Program-made: the position numbers and the translations under genes | Shown: piece after piece, positions 1 through 11,963 of the stretch | Layout of the letters: each line of letters opens with the position of its first letter | Numbering within the stretch: the first letter of the stretch is position 1 | Assembly (NCBI GenBank): GCA_054661495.1 | Contig: BAAFSQ010000025.1 | Span: 1-32,000, forward strand | DNA from: Zygophlyctis sp. KS116 | Lineage: Eukaryota; Fungi; Chytridiomycota | Direction of reading: 5' to 3' | Length of the DNA stretch: 32,000 nucleotides | The notes under the pieces: model-generated | Database searches by the model: none | What the model saw: the letters and a program-made list of their open reading frames with translations, nothing else | What the model was told of the DNA's origin: nothing

Positions 1-1
1 G

Positions 2-52
2 ATAAATCCTCCTGGTTATTGTGAACCAGAAACAGTTCCAACAAATTCCTGA
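2..52 (+). CDS. 3' end of a probable small Cys-rich protein (partial; possible tandem paralog of 335..661)
   Basis: Frame reads INPPGYCEPETVPTNS*, resembling the repeat ends PNAPGLC / SGVCKEEDTS* of the next gene. Only 16 codons are visible. Confidence 0.35.
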   Translation: MNPPGYCEPETVPTNS

Positions 53-334
53 AATCCAGTGATTAAATCTGGGATGAAACATATTAAGGAAAATAACACT
101 ATAAAATCTATGATTTTCCTGAGTTCCACGGTTTTGTCCAGCTACTAAATATCTTCATAGGATTGGAATAAATTCTCAAATCAGCAATATTAAAAATGCA
201 TCATTACTAACTTTTCAAGAAATATTATTGCTGCCACAAGCATTCTCTAGTCCGCTAAAGAATGATGACGTTCTGTCCGATGACTTTTTGTTGTGGTAAA
301 CAATGCACCATCAGCCATTGTCTTTAAAAAACAA

Positions 335-661
335 ATGAAATCTCAAATCTGCTTATTTATCATTGCAGTCTTTCAGACAGTTAGATCTTTTACCATACCA
401 AAGATTGCAGGCACAGGCCAAGAATGCAATGAGGGATTCGATGGTATCATATGCGAACCAGGCCTTACCTGCGTAGTACCCAAGACCGACCCAATTGTTC
501 CCAATGCTCCAGGACTTTGCTTTGTAGTTGTAGGAGCTGGAGAGACTTGTGGTGGAAATTCTTTAACAGCTCCAAGATGCAATACTGGACTGGAGTGTGT
601 AAAATCTTCAAATGGCTCTGAAACTGATAGTGGAGTTTGTAAAGAAGAAGATACAAGCTAA
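335..661 (+). CDS. Small secreted cysteine-rich protein with two IGFBP-N-like repeats
   Basis: ATG at 335 in an aaaATG context; hydrophobic signal peptide MKSQICLFIIAVFQTVRS; two 4-Cys repeats (GTGQEC..CEPGLTC..PGLC and GAGETC..CNTGLEC..SGVC). Confidence 0.75.
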   Translation: MKSQICLFIIAVFQTVRSFTIPKIAGTGQECNEGFDGIICEPGLTCVVPKTDPIVPNAPGLCFVVVGAGETCGGNSLTAPRCNTGLECVKSSNGSETDSGVCKEEDTS

Positions 662-808
662 TTTTAACAAAATAAACATCTTATTTTCGGACCGTTTACT
701 TTAAGACTGATGATTGATAAAGATCCTCGGGTTATTAGAGCAAGAGCTTAACCCGATCAGTTAATGACGCTATGGGTGCGTATAAATATTTCCGTTTAAA
801 ATTTAAAA

Positions 809-3800
809 ATGTTGATTTCATTTCTAACTTCAGAGCTTGTTCAACTTTCCTCGGAAGCTAAAAAGAAGCATGAAAATATAAAGTCTCTAGCAGACTCTCT
901 AGTACTGTGGCTAAAGGAAAAGGACGAGAATGAAATCGCCAAAGACTTACTTAACTATAATGCCAGTATTTCACCACTAAGCGCATCAATGGAATCGAAA
1001 AATTCAAAATTAATAATGATTTCTTTGAATATATACCTGAAATTGATTTCTCACAAGGCGATTTCTAAAGGAAATTCAGAAACCTTGATAAAATATCTAA
1101 TAGATCTCAAAGACACTGACAAGGATATACAGTTAAAAATTCTTCAGCTGGTTCTGCCACTGGTAACTTATAATCAGGAAATTCATGATTCTATGCTGAT
1201 AGATCTAATTATGCTTTGTTATAAATTACAAGAAACTAAAGCAGCAGTCGTAAATCATACAGCAGAGGCTACTTTCAGACAATTATTAATTTTTGTATTT
1301 GAAAAAGTTGAAAAGGCAGTTGATTTATCAACAATTGAAGCGTTTAAGAAGGATGCTGTTTTGATTTTTCAAGTAATAACTCTAAAAAACTGATTCTAGG
1401 ATATTTACGCTCTAACGGCAAAAGAGAATACTACTTTTTTGAACATTAAAGATTTTGATAGAGGATTTGGATTGGAATTAATTCAAGGAATTTTAACTTC
1501 TTCTTATAAGCTATTTAGAGAAGAAAAAGTGTTACTAGGAATTTTAAAGGAGAAAATATGTTCTTTAATTATTAAATTTTATTCGGAAAAACTAGAATAT
1601 TCAGAGACTGTAAGATTAACAAGGCTTTCAGTTGCAATTATAAAATATTTTCATGAATTTTTGGTAATTTTAAAAATAATTCTTACAATTGTTAGCCTGT
1701 AGAGTCGGAAATACTTTTGTCGCTTTTTAGTAAAATTATTGAAACAGAAACATCAATTTTTTCTCACAAGATTATTACGCTAGAGGCTCTAAAGACTATG
1801 TTTGGTGATGGAAATTTACAAAGGTCAATATATAAGACATTTGATGGGAAGAATCATGCCACTCATGCGTTTAAAGATGCCGTACATTCCTTGGCGAGCT
1901 TAGTTTTTCTTGAAAAAAAAGGATTGATGACTGTAAACATATCTAGTTCTCCAGATCAAGTTAAAGATATGAAAGATGTGCCTGCAAATGTAGATTTTGC
2001 GTTTTCTTGGGCTTCTTCTCAAATTAGAGTTTTATGGTAAATTCTTCATCGTCTGATTAAAGTATTGATCAACTGGAAAAGACTGAAATTCCACATGTGT
2101 CAGATTCTTATCACATATATTTATCCATTCAGTCAATTATACTGCTTTCTGAGAGTATGATTGCATTTGCAATGCCCTTGCTAAAGAGTGCGGGCAATAT
2201 TTCTGATGATTCAAGAATAACTGAATCTAGACATGATGACATAATTTTGTCAATCGAAATGATAAATTCGGCAGGTCCGAGTTTTCTAGCGGCATTTTCA
2301 TTGATTCTCTTCTCTAACATTGATGAAGAAACCTTTAATTTAGTACTCAATACTTTTCAGCAGTTTGTAATAGTTGTCGGTCTATTAGGATTAGTTCCTT
2401 TGAGAGACGCCCTTTTAGCTTCTCTTTGCAAGCTATCTGTTCCAACAGGAACATCTCTCAGTTTAGAACTAGGATCAATTTCTAAAGAAATAACCGATTT
2501 TAATTTAGAGTTATCTCTTTTTAACGGCCACAAGCAACAAGTGGGATCTTTAAATGAAAGGAACGTTACGGCATTGAAGTGTCTTCTCAAAATCTGTGAT
2601 AATCTCCAAAGCGTTTTAGAAAATAAATTATGGTTTGGAATCATCGATACATTTCAAATAGTGGACAATTTAATATCAACGGGAAAGGTGGAGAAGAAGT
2701 CTAGCTCTGGAATTAATAGCTCTGAAAACTTATATTCACAATTGAACCTTCAAATTAAAACACTATTTATAAAATCCAGTGCGATGAATATGAAGGATCT
2801 CTCTGAATTTGTCAGAGCACTATGCCAGCTTTCTCAGGAAATCGCGATTGGTGCCTCTTTAAATCAAGCAGTATCTGCTAATAGTAATAGGGACACAATG
2901 AAAGTTGCTGAAGAAAAATCATTTGCTATATCAAAGCTATTGGATGTTTCTTTAAGCAATCTTAACAGATTACTAAATGCTCCGATTGCTGAAGAGGTGC
3001 ATGCTGAAGTTTCCTCTCCTCTTCCAATTGTGGATATTTGGGAAATGGTAATTGGACAGCTGATTGAAGTTTCACATACTCCGGCCTCCTCAGTATCAAT
3101 TAGATCACAAGCGTGTGCTGCTTTTGGTGAAATACTTATCAGCGCCATACAGATTGCTGATTTTACAAATCCTCAGATAGAATCTAGGATAATCAACCCA
3201 ATTAAAAGTCTGATATTAGTTGAGGCTTTGTCTCCTGTTACTGATAATTCCGATGAAAGGATTGTCAGGTACTTGTGGTTGCTCGAAGTGCAAAAATCTG
3301 CATTAGATAGCTTATATAGAATCTTGCAAGCTGGAGGACAAAAAATCAACGCATGCTGGATAACTATTTTTGAAATATTTCAAGGCGTGCTTCAATCCTG
3401 TTCAAAAAAGAAGCGATTGAAAGTTGGTGACCTGAACGGTAATGATAACACTTCAATATCTGATCAAGTCAGTGGGAAAATCATCCCACTAGTCAGGCTA
3501 TCCTTTCCAAGTATTCAGTTGATATGTTCAGATTTTTTATCAATTTTAAGAATGAAAGAGTTATCCAAATGTATTGAGACGGTTTATTATTTTGGAACAC
3601 AAAAAGAAGATTTGAATATAAGTCTCAGCTCAATTAGACTTCTTTGGTCTATTTCAGATTATATTTTAGCTAAAAAGGTTGAATTGGAAAAAGCTGATAA
3701 AATCGATGAAAATTCATTTCTTGTAGATGAAAGTCAAGCAGATGCTGCTGGCTCATTAGAGTCTCTTTGGATGCTATTGCTGTCACATTTATCACAATTG

Positions 3801-5960
3801 TGTTCGGACGAGAGGCCAGAGGTACGCAATTCTGCGAATCAATCTCTCTTTGGATCAATAAACATGAACGGAAAAAAATTAAGTTTGGAAGAGTGGGATG
3901 AATTCATTTGGAATATTTTGTTTCCTTTAGTTGAAAGAATTAAGGAAGAAAGCGTTGCGTCTCTTCTTCTAAAACCACACGAAGCTCAGATTAGCTCTCC
4001 CGTACATCATGCACGAAACACACTATCAAAACAATGGGATGAAACAAAAGTTCTCTTATTGAATGGAATATCTAAAATTTTTGTTGACTATATGCATGTT
4101 TTGATTAGAATACCTTCAGGATTTGAAAAAGCTTGGACAAAGTTTTTAGAATATATCCAGGAAAGCTGTATACAAGGCTCAATAGAGGTCTCTATGGCCG
4201 CAGCAAAAAGTCTTAAATTTTTGATGCAATACCCAAAGGCGTTTAGTGATGTTAAACCAATGCCAGATATTGTTAATGAGCATCTGATTTCATTATGGTT
4301 AACTGGTTGGCGTTTCTTTCATTCTATTGGGTTTGGGATAATTCTCTGTTGCGTGCAATATGATGGAAAGTCGATTCAATATTTACAAGATATTAATTTT
4401 CCTTTTGGGACAATTTCACAAGGTACACGTACTCAGGAAATGCTTGTAGTATTGCTTACTTTGGTGAGTGATCTATACGACGTGGTCCAATCAGAAATCA
4501 CGTTGAAAGACTTTCATTTATTATTTAGACTTATTACACTGCTTCTAGTTTATCATCCTATTTCATCAAACGATCCGTCCGATAGGTTTAGAACCTTGAT
4601 AATCAGTGATGCAGATCAGACTAGTCCACTTCAACAGGCCATCATTGATCTGCAAATGAAAATATCGGACAGTGTTAATGAAATCGAACATGGTCCTGAA
4701 CTTTTTATAAGTTTTATTTCAAATAACGCATCTCTTCCATTCATCAAACAAAAACCAATATCATTTTTAGATGGAAAGACTTTTACTTACGATGCATTTT
4801 CAAAAAAATCGTTTCAACTTTTAGAAGAAAGCATTTCTAAAAATATTAATCAAAACTCAATTTATACTTCTGGTGCATTTAAAGCTGCTATGGAAGGCTT
4901 TCATCTTCCGCTTTTGCGGAAATATGATATAGATTACATTGTCAAAGACCAGCCGCCGATTTGGAGATATGCAGTCCAATCATTCATAAATGTAACTAAA
5001 CAAGCACTTGATTCATTAAATACAAAGCTTGATGAGCTTTCTTCAGAGGATTTGAATACAATTTACTCGAAAATTATTTCCAATTTTGAAGTATTTCTGC
5101 TTTCTAAGAGGTATTTGTCTTTTTTTATAATCATGCAGTAAGCCAGACTCTTCAATTCCCGAGGAAGAATTAAAGAATGATGAAGCTCAGGATATACGAT
5201 GCTTGGACTCGTTGGTGAAAGATTTCCTCTTATATTTTGGAAAAGATCATGTTCATGAAGAAATATTAGAAAGAATTCTGCATTTAATACACAATGGAAC
5301 CAAACTATACACTAGACCAATCGATCTGGACAATCCAGAACTTCCAAAAGATTTCAAATACCCGATTCAATACTCGTATGGGGAAATCATAAATGGCTCC
5401 TTAAAGACTTTTTGTATGGGAAACGATGTTGTTCCAGTTACTAGGAAATTATTTGGTCTGCATTCTCTAAATTTACTTTTTGACTTATGCTCGGAAACCG
5501 TTTTAGGTACTTTATCTGAATAATTTATCATAGGTCTTAATCAAGTCAATTCTAGAATTTCCAAATTAGCTGGTCGACTTATGATCCAAAAATGCGAATC
5601 TGTATTTATTAGTTACATTGCAGACCGTGCTCTAACAGGAAAAATGCCTATGCCACAGTAAATAACATACGTTTTAATTTTAGAATTAGAAATGAAGAGC
5701 TTTCTTGCATTTTATCCCAGATCTCAGAATTGCGGATGCTGCCCGAGTCTCTTTACATGTTATCGAATCGATTTCCCCCAGGAGCGTCGTGGATACAATC
5801 TCCCAGATCGCACATTTTTATTTTATATCCCAGACTGATTGATCTACTCAGTGTACTGGCTGGCCCGGCATGGCTGTCTGATGACCTTTCAGAAGTGGCT
5901 TTAGTAAACCTCACCCGGGATTGTCTTGGCAAAATCGCTGCAGAGCTTAGTATTTCATGA
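809..5960 (+). CDS. MON2: Mon2 (Sec7-related endosome/Golgi trafficking scaffold), 7 exons
   Basis: N-terminal LxSELxxLSSEAKKKH; spliced CIDQLEK; SLQLIC-like SIQLICSDFL; LCSDERPEVRNSANQSLF; KQWDETKVL. Introns 1373-1399, 1664-1695, 2037-2062, 5111-5138, 5507-5533, 5658-5683 join six ORF fragments in frame. Confidence 0.93.
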
Positions 5961-8900
5961 TGACAGAAGTTTTGTATTTAACGATCGTTTCAATTATTAT
6001 TTGTCTGAGTGCCTATATACTTTTGAGACGCCAGAATCTTGGAATACTTCAAGTTTCAACGAAAGATGTTGCGTATGACAAGGAAAAGTATGGCCGAATT
6101 CTAAATTATGATCGATATTGCTTCAGCATAAATGGAAATCCGACGATAATCATTTCAGGGGAATTTCATTACTGGCGGCTGCCTGATAAATCTCGCTGGG
6201 AGAGAATATTGGGTCTTTATAAGGCCGCTGGTCTAAATTGTATTCGTATATATTTCCATTGGGGCTTTCATTCTCCTGATCAGGGAATTTATAATTGGGA
6301 TGGACCTAGAGATGTTGATTATCTACTGGATCTATGTGAAAAACTAGAATTGTTTGTAATGGCTGCTCCTGGACCGTATATTTGTGCAGAGACTCAAGCA
6401 GGTGGATTACCAATATGGCTCGCTTCTAAACGAACTGTTCGTTTACGTCACTCTGTTAACTCAATCTTTAGATTATATGATGAACAATACGCCAAATATT
6501 GTCAGGAATGGTTTACAAATTTGATTCCACGTTTACGAGATCATCAAATTACATCCAAGAAGGGAGGATGCATTATTGCTTTCCAAATAGAAAATGAAGC
6601 CTTTGAGAAAATTAAAGGAATACCTTTAGGTAAAATCATTTAATCTCATTTTAGGACTAGCAGATGATATGCGAAATCTTTCAAAGATAGCTAGGGATTC
6701 TGGAATCACTGTACCGCTGTTTACTAATGATGCATGGGAAGAAGGATCATTTGTTGTATTTTTTAATTATTTTATCTTTTAGACCAGAGATGAATCTCAT
6801 ACTTCGTTTGGAAAGAAGACTTTTGGTATAGATCTGTATGGATTTGACAAGTATATTGTATTCTGTCCTACTAGTTCTCCTCTTGCTACTATTTCAGGAT
6901 CAAATGATTTGAAAACAGCTTGGAAAGATTGGTCTCCCAAAGATGTAATTAATGGATTGAATGGGTTAGAAGACCGGGTTCGGAGCATCGGAGGAGGTGC
7001 AGCTGAAACGCCTATTTTTATACCTGAATTACAGGGAGGTTGGTTTAATCACTATACTGTCAAGCATTCGTATGATGATGTTTATTCATATTATGGTGAA
7101 TCATACACAAAACTAGTTTTGGACTCTGCATTATCACAGGGAGTAGGTGCACTTTCATGGTATATGTTTTATGGTGGAACCAATTGGGGGACTCTTGGTA
7201 TATATTTGATGAATTAAAGTTAATAGGTGATCCAGACGTTTATACGTCCTATGATTATTCCGCATGTATTCGTGAAATGGGGCACTTATCCGGCAGAGCT
7301 AGGATACTTCGATTGGGTGTATCATTTCTCAGGACTTTTTCCAAGCTGATTTCAAAAACTGATCTGGTAAGCACTGATGAAGAGAAGTTTATCATGGCGA
7401 GAAGAAGAAGCGTGGAAAATCCCCAAGTCGAGTTTGTATATTACAGAAACTTTGATCCTGAAAAAACCTCATTTACATCTTCGGATGGAGTGCCAGTTTT
7501 CATACCATACAAGCAAAGCTTTATTGGGGTTGAAAACTATAATATAAATCGTAGCATAAAGCTTTTATCAGCAAAAGTGCCAATAGTTGTTCGAACAAGA
7601 CTTCTTATTAATCAGAAATCCACCGAAGTTTGGATTGTACAAAATAATTACCATTTGGGAACAGGAAACTTAGTCTTTGAAGGGGAATTTGATATTGAAA
7701 ATGATCCTGATATTTTGGTGAATAATTCTAAAACAAACAACAGGACAATAATTAGCCTTCCATCAGCTGATCAAGCGTGGTTTAGTCTTAAGTCTACTGG
7801 AAGTAAGTCTCCTGATTTATATGTTGTATGTTTAAGTGTCGACATACTTTACACATTGGAACCCGATTTTCAAGAGCCTTATTGGAATAGTTCAGATCCC
7901 AGGAATTCTGAATATCCCACTGTAGTTACTTGGGGGGCTTATGGTGGTCATTATGATCGGACGCAGAATTCCATAATCCTAGAGCACTCTCTTCTTGAAT
8001 TAGGAAAGGAACTATTTGTTATGGTTTCTGAAGACAAAATGATGAATGGACTCTGTAGAGCAGAAGCGCCGTTTTCTGGATTACCATTTTTATATTCAAA
8101 GCCCCTGCCAAAGGAAGGGCTTAGCAAAATAGTTCAGGATTACAAATTTCCACTTCTCGATAAATGGGAATTTTCAGTTCATGATTTTGAACAGATTCCA
8201 TATGAAAAGATCCCAATGACGTCTCAAACTCGTCCTGCAAAAAACACAATTGACTATTGTTATACTTCTGGTCATGTGATTTATAAACTCACTTTTGCTG
8301 TTAGTGACGCCTCAAATGATTTGACTCTTTCTATAAATATGCGACACCGAGGGACATTCTATCTAAATAATAGCTTTTTAAGTACACATCTTGTATATAA
8401 TTTGGGGATTTTTCGAGCTGGTTCCAAGAATGGGCCTGATAATACGTATGGTGGATGGCAAAACATTATACTTCCAAAAGCATTTTTGAGCCAAGGATCC
8501 AACTCTCTTATAATTTTGATTGAATCGTTTGGACTCAATCGTCAACCTTTTTGTTTCAACGATATTAGATGTCCTCGTGGTATTATAGAAGCTTCGATCA
8601 AGGGGATCACAATCATTGACTGGGAAATTGCAGGTGTTGATGTCCGTAAAACTGATAAAACATATAATATTTCTGGACTTCCTTTAGAATCAGAATTCAT
8701 CAAGAAAACTGTGCCTTTTAATAATTGGACTTTTAACGAGGAAGGTGTAAAGCTGGATATTTCTGGAATTCAGGGCCCTGCTTGGTTTAAGAGCATGTTT
8801 TATTTTCCTAGTTTATTACAAAAGGATGTTCGAGCACCAGTAAGACTAGTACTGTCCGGACCTGCAACATGTTATGTGGCTATCAATGAAATCATTATTG

Positions 8901-9145
8901 CACGCTATTATGGTAACGGTGATGGCCCACAGACTGATTTCTATGTTCCTGAAGGTTTATTATCTCCCTCTGAAAACAAAATCACTATTCTTGCCTATCG
9001 CACAAGCGATGGAGATTCATGGATTAATCTTAGGTTTGATTATTGGAGAATGTCCGAGACTGATCATTGGAGTGGGAATTTGGGATCGGGTGTTCCTTTA
9101 GTTCTTGTCTCATCAGAGATAAATCTAGCAGATGATCTATCGTAA
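5957..9145 (+). CDS. GH35 beta-galactosidase with N-terminal membrane anchor, 4 exons
   Basis: SGEFHYWRLP, PGPYICAE, acid/base QIENE, nucleophile PELQGGWF, YMFYGGTNWG, TSYDY, C-terminal GPQTDFYVPEGLL. Introns 6630-6654, 6756-6782, 7198-7226. Confidence 0.93.
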
Positions 9146-9203
9146 TTGGAATATATTCTAATGAATTTAAGATAGTTAATTCACTGCAGCAATTGAGAAA
9201 ATC

Positions 9204-11702
9204 ATGAGTTTCAATTCCGAAGGGAAAGCAATTTTAATGTCCGAAAGTGATAGTTTAGACCAAGGTATTGAGCTCCCACGGACGTCAAGACGCAAAGACC
9301 TCCTTGCACATTATGGAATTAATAAAATCCAAAATGCAGGCTCTGATAATCAGCTCAAAAAGTTGGAGCCGCTTGATATTAGTATGAATCAATTTTAACT
9401 GGTTAGATAGCAGTGATTTCAATTCTGATCTCGCAGTGGCCACAATCTTGAAGGACTATGATTTAAATGCATTATTGAAAAAGGATAATGCATTAGTTTC
9501 TGGTATTTAGGACTCTCTAATGATTAGAAATTCAAGCCATTGATGGCGAAATGAAGACACTTGTTTACGAAAACTACAATAAGTTTATTTCTGCTACAGA
9601 TACCATTAAATCTGTAAATTAATTATTCTCTCTAAGCATAGATGAAATCTCAAATCGAAAATATGGAAATGCAAATAGATGTGTTATCTCAAAAGACTAC
9701 TGAAATTACTTCTAATGTTATCAAAGTTGACGAAACTCTTGCAGAAAAGAAAAAGAAAATACAGAAATTTACAAATGCTCAGAGTGCAATCAACAAACTC
9801 AATTTCATTTTTGACTTACCAAAGAAATTGCGATCAAATATGAATCGTAATCAGATTGCAAAATCAATTATTTATTCTTCAAGAGCTTCAAAGCTTCTAA
9901 AAAAATATACTCATTTGTCTGCATTCCAGAAAATAGAAAAAGAATGCGAGGTTATTTCTCAAGAGATTGCAAATATTGTCAAGAAAAAACTTCAAGATTC
10001 GGTATTTATCTATAACTAATGTTAAGAATTCTATTGAAGATATTTCTGAAGCAGCTGGCTTTGCAATTGGACAGAATATGCTTCCTCCATTAGAAATAGC
10101 AAAACATTATCTTGAATTGGCATCTTTAAATTTGAAAAAGGTGATTAAAACTGAATCAACGCCGCTTTTAAAGACTTTTGCAGCATTTCCTAATGCGTTA
10201 GAGACTATACTTTCTAGTCTTGCTAACATGAATAGCATTGTTTTCAAAAATTTGGCAATTTTTGCTGAATCCTTTCATTCATTCTTCCTTTCGACACGAG
10301 GCGAATCATTAGGGATCAAAGCTGTGCATGGGACCGGATTAGAAATCGTAAAGAGTTTATTTTGGACCAAATTTCCATTTGATGTATATGAAAAACTCTA
10401 AAGTAAAGGTTCGGTATCAGTTACAGCAGGATTTTGAAACATGCTTTTTAGAAATCGAGAATGAATACTTTCAGGCTGTTTCAAAATTATTGCAAATTCC
10501 TGTATTTTTCATATTTTAATTTATAGGATGATATCTCGAAAATATCAGCCAATTTTCATGCTAGCATTCTGAACCTTTTATACACTGATATTTGTCAAAA
10601 TCCAGTCTTTTCCACACTCACTAAAACGCAAGAAAATGTCAAAGTATTTATTACAGATATTGTTAAAAAGATTATATCATTATCTTTTGCTAAAATAACA
10701 TACGAAACTTTAGGTAAATCCCTTTATTTAATCTTTAGAGAAATGCGGAAACATTTCTGAAGATATGGCACTTTTGCCACTTATTCAGTCCATGAATAAG
10801 TGGCTCAAAGACTCTTTTATTCAATCTGCATTACCTCTATGCCAGGTATTTTTTATTTTTAAACATTGAAGAATATATTAAAACAGTTTGACAAGACTTT
10901 CAAATTTTCAAGGCACGTAGAGGATGAACTATTTAGTTTTTGGAGCAATTTAGGAGAATCCATGATATCATCTCGTATTTGGGATAGACAAGGACCACAA
11001 TCAGCTCTTTTAATGTCTCGCCTAGCTCTAGACATGACAAATGACACTTTACAATTTACAATTAATATTTTCATGGATGAACTTGTACAAGTCTCAGACT
11101 CAAAATCAGAATTAACATCTAGATCAAAGAATTTAGCTACTTCTTATCAAAAAGTATCAATGGTAAATATCAAAAACTTGATTTTTTAGAAACTGGCAAC
11201 TTTATTTGTAGAATGCTTTACCCGACCATTGTATATTAAAATTTCAAAGCATGTAGAGGACATAATATCAGATACAGGACACTCTGAACCTTTATGGCCT
11301 GAAATACTTTTTGAAATTTCTAGCATTAAAATTAAGGTTGAAGAATTATTCCAAAAATCTATCGGTATATATTGTTACATCTAATAACTATAGAACCCCG
11401 TAAAGCCAAATCAGAATATATATCTGGAGAGATGCATGAAATTTTCGATACTAGATTAGAATATTTCCTGATATCAGAGCTTACTACAGATAGTATAATG
11501 ACTAGCATTTGTAGAGTTTTACTAAAGGTAATAATATCATATTGATAAAAAGGGCTATATTGAAGATTTAAAACTAATTCAATTAAACAAGGATCAATTG
11601 AAAGCGATTCAGCTGGAAGTCGAGACTCTTTGTGAATCTCTAGTATTTGAAGATCACTTGCTAAATCAAGTGCGAAAGATTGCGTTTCTCCGTTGTCAGT
11701 AA
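9204..11702 (+). CDS. VPS51: Vps51/Ang2, GARP complex subunit, 12 exons
   Basis: Spliced sequence gives [31 protein letters not shown]. Introns 9382-9406, 9503-9527, 9614-9641, 10002-10026, 10384-10408, 10502-10526, 10714-10738, 10846-10871, 11163-11189, 11365-11393, 11528-11552 give one open frame to TAA 11700-11702. Confidence 0.88.
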
Positions 11703-11963
11703 AATTTTAAATGCAACTTTCATCTGTTCCACCCCCCAGTAACCACAGCCCAGTCTCTCTTTCTCTATGAGACTCCCATACAAAATAAATTCAACTTTAT
11801 GATTTGACTGTCGGCTCTTTATTTTACTATGAGATTGAAGCTTAGTTTGAATGAAAATGTGTAATCAACTAGACAGAATTCTGTCTGAGATTGTATGGTA
11901 GTGAGAATGTGGGTTGGCTGGTAGAGATGAATTTATAATACGGTACAATATCAAGACATTCTT

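Noticed and set aside
2129-3858. Antisense ORFs within MON2, and similar shadow ORFs elsewhere (e.g. 373-656, 6797-6988, 14476-14765, 24699-25041)
   Set aside because: Short, motif-less, and fully overlapping well-supported genes.
809-11702. Fragmented ORFs as pseudogenes, stop-codon reassignment or programmed frameshifts
   Set aside because: Each break is explained by a short GT-AG intron that restores the frame and conserved motifs under the standard code.
809-11702. MON2 and VPS51 as a functional trafficking cluster
   Set aside because: Two genes separated by an unrelated enzyme; compatible with chance without synteny data.
11866-11890. Helitron 3' end (hairpin plus CTAG on the minus strand)
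   Set aside because: The CTAG overlaps the palindrome instead of lying ~10 nt downstream, and no Rep/helicase is present.
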